The notes beneath the pieces were generated by a model. The model did no database searches and had not been told where the DNA came from. It was given only the letters and a program-made list of their open reading frames with translations. A program made the translations under genes and the position numbers. From contig JBJBEO010000001.1 in assembly GCA_047284725.1 (NCBI GenBank), positions 2,264,203 through 2,328,202 on the forward strand: 64,000 nucleotides of DNA, written 5' to 3'. Position 1 is the stretch's first letter. Each line of letters starts with the position of its first letter. Of this stretch, positions 1-9,900 are shown piece after piece. Source of the DNA: Synechococcus sp. (GTDB lineage: Bacteria; Cyanobacteriota; Cyanobacteriia; PCC-6307; Cyanobiaceae).

Positions 1-317
1 TTGTTTGCTTTGGCAAACTCAAAAATCTGCTTATGCCAAGAAAATGGAGTACACGCTTTTTTATACAATGAATAAAGTGTTTCTCCACTCCATAGACCTG
101 ATTTAATACAGAAATCCGACTGGGAGGAATCCAAGGTTAGAGACTGTGGCTCATAAGATTGGATTTTTATTGCATCAGCCCCATTATCGTGAGCAAGCTT
201 GATTAGATACAGCATCCGGTCCAATGATCCATTGTGATTGCCGGATATTTCAGCTACAACGTAAGGAGGATCTGCAGGGCCACCGATCGAAGTTTCAAGG
301 ATATTAATTGGTTTCAT
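1..317 (-). CDS. pseI: Pseudaminic acid synthase (NeuB family), 5' part; runs off the window edge
   Basis: Not in the ORF track. Manual translation from ATG at 317 gives MKPINILETSIGGPADPPYVVAEISGNHNGSLDRMLYLIKLAHDNGADAIKIQSYEPQSLTL...LYSLYKKACTPFSWHKQIFEFAK, with canonical AEISGNHNG, GADAIKIQ and TPxxWH motifs. Confidence 0.9.
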   Translation of the reverse strand, partial: MKPINILETSIGGPADPPYVVAEISGNHNGSLDRMLYLIKLAHDNGADAIKIQSYEPQSLTLDSSQSDFCIKSGLWSGETLYSLYKKACTPFSWHKQIFEFAKAN

Positions 318-963
318 ATTTTGAGATTTGAAGTTTGAAGGTTTGGTTTCTGTGTCTAAAGTGTACAGGGTAATGGTGCGGATCTGAGACTCGAAGCAAG
401 TCAAATATGTCATTTATGGTAGATTCTATATCAACATATGAATCCTCCGGCCTCCTTCTTTTATAAAAACTAGAAGGTCTATCATCCTGAGGCAATGGGA
501 TTATATTATTGTTTATCTTATTGGAGACAATCTCAAACAGCTTAAGATGGTTATCAAACATAATCTGGGAGATTTCATTATGAAGTGCATTATCAGGAAT
601 ATGCATTAAAACCTTGGCCCAGATCGGGCCACAATCTAGTTCAACATCAGCAGAAATAGCTGACATCACTATTGATGTCTTACCTTCTAAAATTTGCCAA
701 ACATGGGGAGACCATCCTTTACCATCGGGCAAATCACTCGCATGAATTACAATGCAATGTTTAAACCTTGAGAGGACGGATAATGATATGATATGTGGAT
801 ATGAAACACAGAAAACAGTGGCACCTTCAGGGACGTCATCGATGTCAAAGACAAGTTCGTAGTTGTCAAAGGGAAAATGAAGTGAAGGCGACTTAAGTTC
901 TTTATAAGAAGAATAGAAAGTTAAGAAAGAATGGTTTTTGTTGCCAAGAAGAATGTAATTCAT
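304..963 (-). CDS. Sugar N-formyltransferase (formyl_trans_N family, PseJ-like)
   Basis: IHASDLPDGKGWSP and LDCGPI match the formyltransferase HxSxLPxxxG and DxG motifs; FYKRRRPEDS C-terminal motif; located between pseG and pseI. Confidence 0.8.
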   Translation of the reverse strand: MNYILLGNKNHSFLTFYSSYKELKSPSLHFPFDNYELVFDIDDVPEGATVFCVSYPHIISLSVLSRFKHCIVIHASDLPDGKGWSPHVWQILEGKTSIVMSAISADVELDCGPIWAKVLMHIPDNALHNEISQIMFDNHLKLFEIVSNKINNNIIPLPQDDRPSSFYKRRRPEDSYVDIESTINDIFDLLRVSDPHHYPVHFRHRNQTFKLQISKYETN

Positions 964-1976
964 TTTTGAGATAGGAAGTTGGAAGCTATAGAAGCGATTC
1001 GTTTGCAGCCCAAACCATCAACCATAGAAGAGGCTCTTTGAGAAAGCAGATTTACCCAGTTGACATCTTCCAGTCTTTGAAAAAGCTCAATAAGCTTAAC
1101 TCTGTCGAATGAACGACCAATTGATAGTGAGTCTTGTAATGAATATATCATTCCTAGTCTATTGAGGGTGGTATGGACCTGAAGTTGATTGTCAATGATA
1201 GGTAATTGTGCACTAGGTAACCCAATACAGGCGCGCTCCCACGAGGAGCTTCCTGAAGCACCTATACACGCATAGGAGGTTAGATACATAGGAGATAGAT
1301 CGGACTGATCGACAAAAAGTTGAATATTAAGATCTTGCTCATAAATCTGGGATTGCAGAGAGGATAGATGAGGGGCTGAAGAGAGAAGAGGTACTATGTA
1401 AGTATATTTATTTGAACAGGGAATGTCATTAAGAGCTGCTAACAATAAATTAGTCAGGCCAAAGGGGTCAGTAGATCCAAAGGATATAAGGATTTTTGAG
1501 TCTGAAAGGGAGCGAGTCCACTTGGCACGATGTTGAGAATATGACCCTGACAACTGTGTAAAAGAAGGGCCAAAATAGCAACTTTTAGGCGGTGACTTAG
1601 GGGCCAATGCGCTAGGATTTATTAAAATATCATAACCTGGTGGCAGTGATGTCAAGAGATCATGAATAATAACATTTACAGAGGATCTGAAGAGTGCATA
1701 ATCTAAGATATTACCAGGAGAATAGTGGTCAACGAAAAGAACATCACATGCAAAAAGAGAGTCACATGTCGAGACAAAGTCGATACGTATATTCTTAATA
1801 TATGGAGCAAGATAAGGGATAGATTCTGGAGAAATCAAAAAAGTAACATTTGCCTTGCAATCAAGCATAGTGATTGCCAAAGGCAAAGACCTAAATAAAT
1901 GGCCCATCCCTAAAGAGGGACTGCAATCCAAGCGAAAAACTATATTCTTACCAGATAGAAAATCAACATTCATCAA
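960..1976 (-). CDS. pseG: PseG/SpsG-like UDP-sugar hydrolase
   Basis: FRLDCSPSLGMGHLFRS (GxGHxxR), VDHY, FGSTDP, GASGSSSWERACIGLP and DNQ motifs; position in the pse operon. Confidence 0.85.
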   Translation of the reverse strand: MMNVDFLSGKNIVFRLDCSPSLGMGHLFRSLPLAITMLDCKANVTFLISPESIPYLAPYIKNIRIDFVSTCDSLFACDVLFVDHYSPGNILDYALFRSSVNVIIHDLLTSLPPGYDILINPSALAPKSPPKSCYFGPSFTQLSGSYSQHRAKWTRSLSDSKILISFGSTDPFGLTNLLLAALNDIPCSNKYTYIVPLLSSAPHLSSLQSQIYEQDLNIQLFVDQSDLSPMYLTSYACIGASGSSSWERACIGLPSAQLPIIDNQLQVHTTLNRLGMIYSLQDSLSIGRSFDRVKLIELFQRLEDVNWVNLLSQRASSMVDGLGCKRIASIASNFLSQK

Positions 1977-2994
1977 CGAACATTTCGCCTTTAATATAAT
2001 CCCTAGAATAGGGCTTGCCTAAATAATTGAATATGATGTCTTTTGAGGAAATCCCAGTACCAGGCCTAAGGAATTGAAAGTGACTTGAATCGATTATTTG
2101 CCCACATTGAACAGGCTGTGCAAGGTATGCTGACTTATAATATTTGAGTGAATCAGAAAGATCTGAATCAGATGCAGTGAGCACAGGTTGGCCAAGCGCC
2201 CTATGACACTTTTTCACTTCTTGCATCCAATCATAAAATTCACTAGGTTCTAGAGATTTCCAATGACCATTCTGGTGTGTAGTTCGAGAAAGCGTGAGGC
2301 GCTTTTCTAACATAGACGCTCCAAGCCCAATCGACATGAAGTCATAGGAATTATCTCTTCCTTGCGGAGTATATCCAAATTGGTAGCCATTAAGATGTAA
2401 TTCTTTCATTGCACTCATATTCATCTGATCTACTTGATTAGTGTGTAAATCGAAAAGAACAAAAACGTCTGAGCCACCTGAATTAATATAAAAATCTCTT
2501 AAAGTATTTAGCTCATTAATATCAATAGTGCCGCTATCAAGGATCAACGGCTTTTTATTTTTTGCAAGCCCCTGAATCATACGAAAATGATTCAAACTCC
2601 AAGTGCAAATTTTGTTGCAACTAAGATCCAATGAATTAATTAGCGGAATTAAAGATTCAACATGGCATGTAACAACCAAATCAACACTATGATGATCACA
2701 ATGGCGCTTAATTTTATGCCACTCTTCGCATGAAAAGGTTAAGCGGGAGAACATTTTGCACATATTCTCGGTAACTTTGGAACCAGAATATGTTGGATAG
2801 GTATACTCGACTGATCTGTCACCTAAAAGTTCTAATGGATCTAAAGCCTGGAATTTAACGGCATTGACACCAATTTCGGATGCAACTTCGATAAGCAACA
2901 ATGCACGCTTAATATCACCGGAGCATGTCAAGCCAAAGTCAGCCATGATAGCAAGATCTGACTTTGTTACTTCTAAGACAGGCAGGACGGACAT
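1963..2994 (-). CDS. Divergent NeuB-family nonulosonate synthase-like protein with C-terminal SAF-like domain
   Basis: GVNAVKFQ, KPLILDSG, LGASMLEKRLTL, SLEP and FLRPGTGI show the NeuB fold, but the canonical NH, SDH and EKH motifs are altered. Confidence 0.8.
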   Translation of the reverse strand: MSVLPVLEVTKSDLAIMADFGLTCSGDIKRALLLIEVASEIGVNAVKFQALDPLELLGDRSVEYTYPTYSGSKVTENMCKMFSRLTFSCEEWHKIKRHCDHHSVDLVVTCHVESLIPLINSLDLSCNKICTWSLNHFRMIQGLAKNKKPLILDSGTIDINELNTLRDFYINSGGSDVFVLFDLHTNQVDQMNMSAMKELHLNGYQFGYTPQGRDNSYDFMSIGLGASMLEKRLTLSRTTHQNGHWKSLEPSEFYDWMQEVKKCHRALGQPVLTASDSDLSDSLKYYKSAYLAQPVQCGQIIDSSHFQFLRPGTGISSKDIIFNYLGKPYSRDYIKGEMFVDEC

Positions 2995-2996
2995 AG

Positions 2997-3602
2997 TTAG
3001 TTGATTTTTTCGAATAAGAACCAGTTTAAATCATCTTGGGGAGATACAGGATCAAATCTCCAACAGAAGCCATAATCAACCAACCTTATGGGTCGATCTT
3101 GCATAAACTCAGCAGCAAAGTCTCTTTTCCATAAGCGAGACTCGTGACCACGATAATTAATTTCTTGGGGTTGGGTAGAAAAATACTCTTTGATAAGTAT
3201 ATATTTTGAAGAGCAACAATACAACTTATCATATACAACGGGAAGCATTTCTGGATTAATATGAATAAGTACGCCGCATGTAAATGTGAGTTCCGCTGAT
3301 GTTGAAAGAGGGAAAGAATCAGAAAGAGATTGATTCAATACATTATGATTAGAAGAAGCAATTTGTGCTGCTTTAGTATTAATTTCAATACCGGTGGTAA
3401 CGGTGCTTGGCGTCAGAGTTTTAATAGCATCAAGGTTTAAACCTCTGTTGCATCCAAACTCGAGTACGCTATCTAGATTACCAGTCCTAGATATTAATCT
3501 AGACCAAAAGAACAAGTTTGCTTGGGCTTGGTCATTTCGAGAATTGCGTACCGTATATTCATCACCAAAATCGCCGCTCCAAAAATTTTCTTGATCGTTC
3601 AC
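2997..3602 (-). CDS. Pseudaminic acid biosynthesis-associated SAM methyltransferase
   Basis: QENFWSGDFGDEY N-terminus, LEFGCNRGLN SAM motif, GVLIHINP and LWKRDFA. GTG at 3602 preferred over the track start at 3668. Confidence 0.85.
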   Translation of the reverse strand: MNDQENFWSGDFGDEYTVRNSRNDQAQANLFFWSRLISRTGNLDSVLEFGCNRGLNLDAIKTLTPSTVTTGIEINTKAAQIASSNHNVLNQSLSDSFPLSTSAELTFTCGVLIHINPEMLPVVYDKLYCCSSKYILIKEYFSTQPQEINYRGHESRLWKRDFAAEFMQDRPIRLVDYGFCWRFDPVSPQDDLNWFLFEKIN

Positions 3603-3675
3603 AGAATTGAATAAATAATAAAAAAAATCTAAACTAGATATCGATGTGCATTGCCTGAAAAGTGGCAATTGTAAT

Positions 3676-4737
3676 CTAACTTAAGAATCGAGCAATCGAA
3701 TCGTAGGCAGTTTGCGGCAGCTCAATAGTGCAACCAAAGCGGCTAGCTTCTTGAACGCTTTCAAAGTAATTGACAGATACAGATCGCTGCTCATCCACAT
3801 CTCTAAAAACCACAATGTCTTGAGGTGGGGCGGGAATAGAAAAAATAATAGATGACTGAAAAGTAAAATACTTGCGATAACAAACTCGACTAAAATCAAT
3901 CATGCTTGAGGTGTCAATAGACAAGCCATATTTAGTTAGCAAATGAAGTGTATTTTTGTCATCTAAAACACGGGGATGTGGCCTAATAACTAATTTGCTT
4001 GAATTATTTTTTAGGCTTAATTCTGCTAAGACTTTGAGAAGATATTTTTGCTCATTGGGAGTGTACGGCAAGCAGACTAATAAAGAATCTTGCTTGCTGA
4101 TAAGCTGCTTAAGCCTAGGCAAAGGTTCATAGATAACTTCTACATCACAATAATAAACGAGGTCTAAGAAATGGGAAAATCTATTTTTAGTCCTAACATA
4201 AAATTTAGTCGGAGAATTAAAAAACGAATTGAGCTTTTGAATAAACTGCTTTGAATAAAAGATATTTGAATTACAGTCGCCATGCTGCATATCCGCGAAA
4301 GCTAAATCATATTTCCTGCAAAAATCGGCTATGATTAATCCATAAGGCGTATACAGAGCGGGTATTAATACTACTTTTGATTCAAGGCAAGAATTTGCAT
4401 TAAATTTGAGGGAGAAGAGATAGCCCACATAAAGATAAGCAAGCAGCATACTAAAATACTGAGTAATACTGCCTTTCAAAAAAGCATGCTTTCTGCATCT
4501 ATATTCGAATTGTATAAAAGCAGTGAATAAACTAAATAGGGAGCTTGCAAATTTTTTTTTGCTAAAAATATAACCTACTACCTTAATGAACAGAGATCTG
4601 GGATTAGAGATATAATATGTAGAGCAATTCTGTGGCAAGAAGGGTGACTTGTAGAAGTTATTTGAAAAGTATTTTTCAAGGCCGATTGCCAAATAAGTCA
4701 TTTGATCAAAGTAAGTTAATTGAAAGCTTGAGGGCAA
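3676..4737 (-). CDS. Hypothetical protein, candidate nonulosonate transferase
   Basis: 353-aa ORF co-oriented in the pse operon, with DMQHG and RPHPR motifs. Start uncertain. Confidence 0.5.
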   Translation of the reverse strand: MPSSFQLTYFDQMTYLAIGLEKYFSNNFYKSPFLPQNCSTYYISNPRSLFIKVVGYIFSKKKFASSLFSLFTAFIQFEYRCRKHAFLKGSITQYFSMLLAYLYVGYLFSLKFNANSCLESKVVLIPALYTPYGLIIADFCRKYDLAFADMQHGDCNSNIFYSKQFIQKLNSFFNSPTKFYVRTKNRFSHFLDLVYYCDVEVIYEPLPRLKQLISKQDSLLVCLPYTPNEQKYLLKVLAELSLKNNSSKLVIRPHPRVLDDKNTLHLLTKYGLSIDTSSMIDFSRVCYRKYFTFQSSIIFSIPAPPQDIVVFRDVDEQRSVSVNYFESVQEASRFGCTIELPQTAYDSIARFLS

Positions 4738-5401
4738 TTTTTTAAACGGGAGCCATTGGAGAAACTTGGAAAGATCACTGGTTGTAGGTAAGAAATTTGC
4801 CGCTACGGCATTAAATTTAATAATAATCTCACTAGTGAGTATATCAGCAGCTTAGGGAATTTAGCGATGCCAACACGGAAGATCCAGAAGAAACAAAAAA
4901 TTAACAGCGTGGTAAGAGTAATGAATCTTTGCACATGTGAATCTATCAATGGATATACCTAAGAAAAAAGTGTTATCTCAGTGAGAGAGACTTTCACGGA
5001 TTCGAGTAATGCGCTTAGATCAATGTCATAGGAATTTAATCGCAGAAATCCCAGGCAGAGGATTGCTATTCAACTAATCGACTATCCATGCCATATAGAA
5101 GTCAGTGTCATAAAAGTAATTGCCTAACTCTAGGATCAAATCAGAATTTTTAGAGTGGGAAGAAGTTACAGGAACTAGTTTTTAATTCACAATATATGAT
5201 TGAGAAGTAATCTTCAGTTTGAGAACATGAGTATGGATTAAAATCTAAGAGTGAGTAATGCGTGAATAATGGTGAAAATATGTTTTTCTTAACATTGCAT
5301 CTGTTATTAATGCGGATAAAGGCTTTATTTCTCCAGCCGAGGATTCAAGAAGAAAAATCTAATTTTCAAAAACTATACCCTAAAGTGACCATCTGCATTA
5401 T

Positions 5402-6994
5402 TTATTTGGTCAAAGTAATTACATTACTAGAATATGCTGCAAAAAGCTGTTCATGAGTTACAACAATAATCAACTTATTGCTTGATTTCTCTACAATTGT
5501 CCGGATAACTTTAGTGGCTGCTGTAATGTCTAATCCAGAAGTTGGCTCATCAAGTAAAACTACTTCTTGAATGCCAACAAGTGATCGTACTACAGAAATA
5601 CGTTTTTTTTCACCACCTGAGAAATTTGAAGCATTCAGGTTTCTATTGAACAAATCATCGGGAAAACCCCAACTTTTTAGTATAGATAAACCTTCCTCTA
5701 TGTAATCGGAATCAAGGCCCCTGAAAAACTTTATGTTATCTTCAACATTGGAATCAAGGATGAAGCTGTCCTGCATAGAGTAACTGATACTATTTGGCTT
5801 GGTTTCTATATTGTTATAGAAAAGCTCAGACATAGAGGAGGACAAATTATCTAAGAAAGTAGATTTCCCAAGACCAGAAGCGCCCATTATTACGTATAGT
5901 CCTGGATTAGTCAGATCAAATTCTATTCGGCTGGGTTTAGTATTTTCTGTTGCATAACATTGAAGTGTTTCTGAACATATGATGTCGTATGGTCTATAAG
6001 AGCCTCGCAACTGGTCTGCTGATGAACAGATTGACTCAATTTGTTTAAGAGCTACTGGCTCAGCAAATTTAAAAGACTGGTTAGCTATGGACAATTTGTT
6101 TAAAGATGGGAGAAGTCGCAGCAAGCTCAATGTTATAAACGCTACGTTTTCAGAATTCGAGGTAGTCGACAATAAAATAGCAATTGCTAAAAGTGAAAAA
6201 GCACCGAACGCCTCTAAGAAAGATCTAGAAATTGGCTTTAGTGATAGAAATTTTCCGTCAGCCTTATTAGAAGCTGTAAGTTTGTCAATCAAGAAATATT
6301 TTGCGATATCTATAACATTAAAAGCAGAAGCTTCTTTTCTGAGTGAAAACAAGTTATTTATAGATTCTGTCCACTCTTTTTCATAAGCAAGTCTTTTTCT
6401 GCCAAAAGATTTACTAAAAGGTGTAAACACAAACTGAATAATGGTATATCCAGCCAACAATATTAATAGTGAAACTAAAATAGAAAGTGGCTCGATGAAT
6501 ACAAAAATCAGGATAAATAGTAGTAAGAGCAGGAATTCCGACAGAATATTGGCAAATGGCATGAATATTTGACCAGTAATCATTTGCACTTCGTTTGTAA
6601 GAGCTGAAAACAAGCGACCAGACTCTTTGGAACTGCTGCGAGAAGTGGACTGAAAAGATTTAGTGAGCAGTGCTTTTTGAAGGCCAGATTTTAGACACTC
6701 TAAATAATGAAAATTAAATCGATAACTTACTGAAAGAATAGCTGCGCGCAAAACCCAAAATAAGATAATGAATATTGAGGCTTGGAACTTTGTCTCAAAG
6801 CTAAAAAAGTAAAAATTGACATTACTAGAATTGGCAGAGAATTGTGTTAAAATTGCTCCAATTGAGGCTATACCAATAATTTCTAGTGAAGCAATTAAAA
6901 GATTGGATAATATGTAGAGTGGAAAATACTTATTCTTTCTGGGAAACTCTGCGATTTGGAAAAGTTTTGCAACCGTGCGAATGTTATACGACAT
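5402..6994 (-). CDS. ABC exporter with fused permease and ATPase (PglK-like glycan flippase)
   Basis: N-terminal TM helices; Walker A GASGLGKST, signature FSGGEKKR, Walker B LLDEPTSGLD, H-loop VTH. Confidence 0.85.
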   Translation of the reverse strand: MSYNIRTVAKLFQIAEFPRKNKYFPLYILSNLLIASLEIIGIASIGAILTQFSANSSNVNFYFFSFETKFQASIFIILFWVLRAAILSVSYRFNFHYLECLKSGLQKALLTKSFQSTSRSSSKESGRLFSALTNEVQMITGQIFMPFANILSEFLLLLLFILIFVFIEPLSILVSLLILLAGYTIIQFVFTPFSKSFGRKRLAYEKEWTESINNLFSLRKEASAFNVIDIAKYFLIDKLTASNKADGKFLSLKPISRSFLEAFGAFSLLAIAILLSTTSNSENVAFITLSLLRLLPSLNKLSIANQSFKFAEPVALKQIESICSSADQLRGSYRPYDIICSETLQCYATENTKPSRIEFDLTNPGLYVIMGASGLGKSTFLDNLSSSMSELFYNNIETKPNSISYSMQDSFILDSNVEDNIKFFRGLDSDYIEEGLSILKSWGFPDDLFNRNLNASNFSGGEKKRISVVRSLVGIQEVVLLDEPTSGLDITAATKVIRTIVEKSSNKLIIVVTHEQLFAAYSSNVITLTK

Positions 6995-6997
6995 GTG

Positions 6998-7744
6998 CTA
7001 ATCCAAAAATTTATCGATGATGTAAAGATCGTCTGAGAGAGTTTGGAATCCAGATTGAGCAAGTTTAAACTCATATTCATGATCAATATCAATAGACGCA
7101 ATATTATTCATCAAGAAGCCACCAATTGAAAAATCTGCTGGTGATTTATTTAATAAGGAATGAATCAAGAAAGTAGAAACACAACCATTTGAGAAATAAG
7201 TTTGAGGGCATTCAGTCGATTTAATGTTTTTGTAGGGACTATCCGCAAAGGTATGCGAAAGTCTAATAATGCAATTAGCATCAATATTTTCTGCAGATGA
7301 CCAAGCATTAAAAGGAGGCTTGGAGGATGGAGAAACGCTTATTATGCGGTCTAGATTACTATTAAAAGCCAGATTTTGTATATTTTGTATGGACTCAATA
7401 CTGCTAAATGGAGACGTAGGCAGAATGCATGTGACAACATCATCATTATATTTTATTGGCGAAATAAGTACATCAATAAGTACATCAATAATTGTTGATG
7501 GATCTTTTGCTAATAACGCAGGCCTTTCTCGAACATGAACTTTACCTAGATTTGTGTACCTACTCAAATAATCAAGCTGTCTATTTACCTCGGGTTTATT
7601 TTCCGAGGATATATGTATATCTTCGGTAGTTGCATGTAATGCACGAATGACAGCGATTTGAAATAATGACAGATGCTTATAGAAGGGAATAAAGTTTTTG
7701 GACTTTAATCTTGATGATGAGTGCTTTGCTGGAATAATAATCAT
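6998..7744 (-). CDS. pseF: Acylneuraminate/pseudaminate cytidylyltransferase
   Basis: IIIPAKHSSSRLKSKN (PARxGSxRxxxKN variant), LPTSPF, NG and IDID motifs. Confidence 0.8.
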   Translation of the reverse strand: MIIIPAKHSSSRLKSKNFIPFYKHLSLFQIAVIRALHATTEDIHISSENKPEVNRQLDYLSRYTNLGKVHVRERPALLAKDPSTIIDVLIDVLISPIKYNDDVVTCILPTSPFSSIESIQNIQNLAFNSNLDRIISVSPSSKPPFNAWSSAENIDANCIIRLSHTFADSPYKNIKSTECPQTYFSNGCVSTFLIHSLLNKSPADFSIGGFLMNNIASIDIDHEYEFKLAQSGFQTLSDDLYIIDKFLD

Positions 7745-8898
7745 AATTGTAACAACGCGTTCTTGAGAGTATCGCGAACAGTCAGTTGATCATCGTTACT
7801 GAGCTTAGTATGCAGAGGTAAAGTCAAAGCTTTGGCGTAATATTTTTCAGATTTATCAAGTAAATCATACTTGTCGAGATTTTTGTAGAAAGGCTGTGTA
7901 TGGATGGGCTGATAATGAACGTTCACGCCTATATTAAGAGATTTAAGGTGCTGAAAGATTGCCGATTTACGCTCTATATCATTATCAGAAAGCTGAATAA
8001 CAAATAAATGCCAAGAGGATGTTTTAAGTTGTGATCGTTGTGGCAGGCAAATAGGCAGATCTGCCAAGATCTGGAAATAATTATCAACAAGATCTTTCCT
8101 GCGCTTTAAGAAATATTCCAACTTATGCAGTTGCGTTATCCCGAGAGATGCTTGAATGTCAGTCATTCTATAATTAAAACCTAGACATATTTGTTGGTAT
8201 TCCCATAACTCAAGGGTACTCTCAGTAGAGTTTTCTCGCGTGACTCCATGTGAACGCAAAAGTTTCATTTTTTCGTATAGGGTTTTACTATTAGTCAAGG
8301 CCACTCCTCCTTCACCAGTAGTAATCATTTTTACAGGGTGAAAGCTAAAAACAGTTATGTCCGAGAATTTGCACGAGCCAACAAGAGTATCTCGATAAAT
8401 TGCGCCAACAGCATGAGAAGCATCTTCAATAATTTTAAAACCATACTCCTTAGAAAGTTTATAAATCTCATACATGTCACAAGAAGCGCCAGCAAAATGA
8501 ACTGGTATTAGAATTTTTGGAAGTTTATTAGCTAGTTTTGCTTTTAACAGTTTTTGTCTCAGAGAATCTGTGCAAATATTATAAGTCTCTGGATTGATAT
8601 CTACAAAGTCAACTTTGGCTCCACACATCAATGCACAATTAGCACTTGAAACAAAGGAGTTAGGTGAGGTCCACACTATATCATCATTTGTTAATCCTAA
8701 AGATAGGCATGCAATATGAAGCGCACTTGTAGCACTATTAACTGCAATGCCGAAACTAGAACCAGTAATCTGGCAAATTGCCGACTCAAAGGATGGAACC
8801 ATTGGTCCTTGAGTCAAAAAGTCTGAATTAAGAACATTAATAACTTGTTCGATATCTCTTTCGTCAAGATCTTGAGACCCATAGGTGTTAAGCTTCAT
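7741..8898 (-). CDS. pseC: UDP-4-amino-4,6-dideoxy-N-acetyl-altrosamine transaminase (DegT family)
   Basis: LTQGP, NSATSALH, EDASHAVG, FSFHPVKMITTGEGG (PLP lysine) and GFNYRMTD. Confidence 0.92.
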   Translation of the reverse strand: MKLNTYGSQDLDERDIEQVINVLNSDFLTQGPMVPSFESAICQITGSSFGIAVNSATSALHIACLSLGLTNDDIVWTSPNSFVSSANCALMCGAKVDFVDINPETYNICTDSLRQKLLKAKLANKLPKILIPVHFAGASCDMYEIYKLSKEYGFKIIEDASHAVGAIYRDTLVGSCKFSDITVFSFHPVKMITTGEGGVALTNSKTLYEKMKLLRSHGVTRENSTESTLELWEYQQICLGFNYRMTDIQASLGITQLHKLEYFLKRRKDLVDNYFQILADLPICLPQRSQLKTSSWHLFVIQLSDNDIERKSAIFQHLKSLNIGVNVHYQPIHTQPFYKNLDKYDLLDKSEKYYAKALTLPLHTKLSNDDQLTVRDTLKNALLQL

Positions 8899-8910
8899 GT
8901 TTAAACCAGT

Positions 8911-9900
8911 TTAGTGAGAATAATTATTCGAAATCCAGGCAGAGAGAGTCTCCGATGTCATCCAATTTCTATTAGTATTACTAGAATAACAAAAATTTGG
9001 GTCAACAAGAGTTCCGTTTTTTATTCTTGACGGGCATTCGTTCCAGTTATTTATTTGTGGTAGAATCTTAAAGTAATTATCATATTCAAAGGTAGACAAA
9101 GAGTCTTCGCATCCAATCATTTGTTCATGAAGCTTTTCTCCGGGTCTGATGCCAACTATTTCGTAGTCCGAGTTCGGACGTACTGCTTTGGCAATATCTA
9201 ATATATTCATAGACGGTATCTTCTTAACATATATTTCTCCTCCCATCATATCATCAAATGCATGCCATACCAAATTAACGCCCTGCTCGAGAGTAATCAT
9301 AAACCTCGTCATGCCTGGATCAGTAATTGGTGTCTTTTTAGAGCTAGGTAAGGACAAGAAATAAGGAATTACTGAGCCTCTTGAACCCATTACATTTCCA
9401 TATCTAACAACGGCAAACTGTGTTTGGTGCCCTAAAGCGTAGGAGGAATTACTAGCTACAAATAACTTATCAGAGGCTAGTTTAGTTGCGCCATATAAAT
9501 TAACTGGGCTGCTGGCTTTATCAGTAGATAAAGCTACTATTTTTTTAACCCCTTGATCAATGGCAGCATCGATCAAATTCATGGCACCGTCAATATTTGT
9601 TTTAATGCATTCAAAAGGATTGTATTCTGCGATAGGGACAATCTTAGTTGCGGCCGCATGTACTACATAATCGACACCATGAAGAGCTCTGTACAAACGG
9701 CTTTTATCTCTAACATCACCAATAAAAAACCTTACGCGATCATCATTGTTGTATTTTTTTGCCATTTCCCATTGTTTCATCTCGTCGCGAGAAAATATAA
9801 TTACTTTTCTTGGATTATACTTTTCTAAAGTTAAAGGGACAAAAGCGTTACCAAATGATCCAGTTCCGCCCGTTATCAAAATCACAGAATTTTCTAACAT
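8911..9900 (-). CDS. pseB: UDP-GlcNAc 4,6-dehydratase (inverting)
   Basis: ITGGTGSFG, FSRDEMKQ, ALSTDKA, YGATKLASDK, RYGNVMGSRGSV and GIRPGEKLHE; ATG at 9900. Confidence 0.93.
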   Translation of the reverse strand: MLENSVILITGGTGSFGNAFVPLTLEKYNPRKVIIFSRDEMKQWEMAKKYNNDDRVRFFIGDVRDKSRLYRALHGVDYVVHAAATKIVPIAEYNPFECIKTNIDGAMNLIDAAIDQGVKKIVALSTDKASSPVNLYGATKLASDKLFVASNSSYALGHQTQFAVVRYGNVMGSRGSVIPYFLSLPSSKKTPITDPGMTRFMITLEQGVNLVWHAFDDMMGGEIYVKKIPSMNILDIAKAVRPNSDYEIVGIRPGEKLHEQMIGCEDSLSTFEYDNYFKILPQINNWNECPSRIKNGTLVDPNFCYSSNTNRNWMTSETLSAWISNNYSH

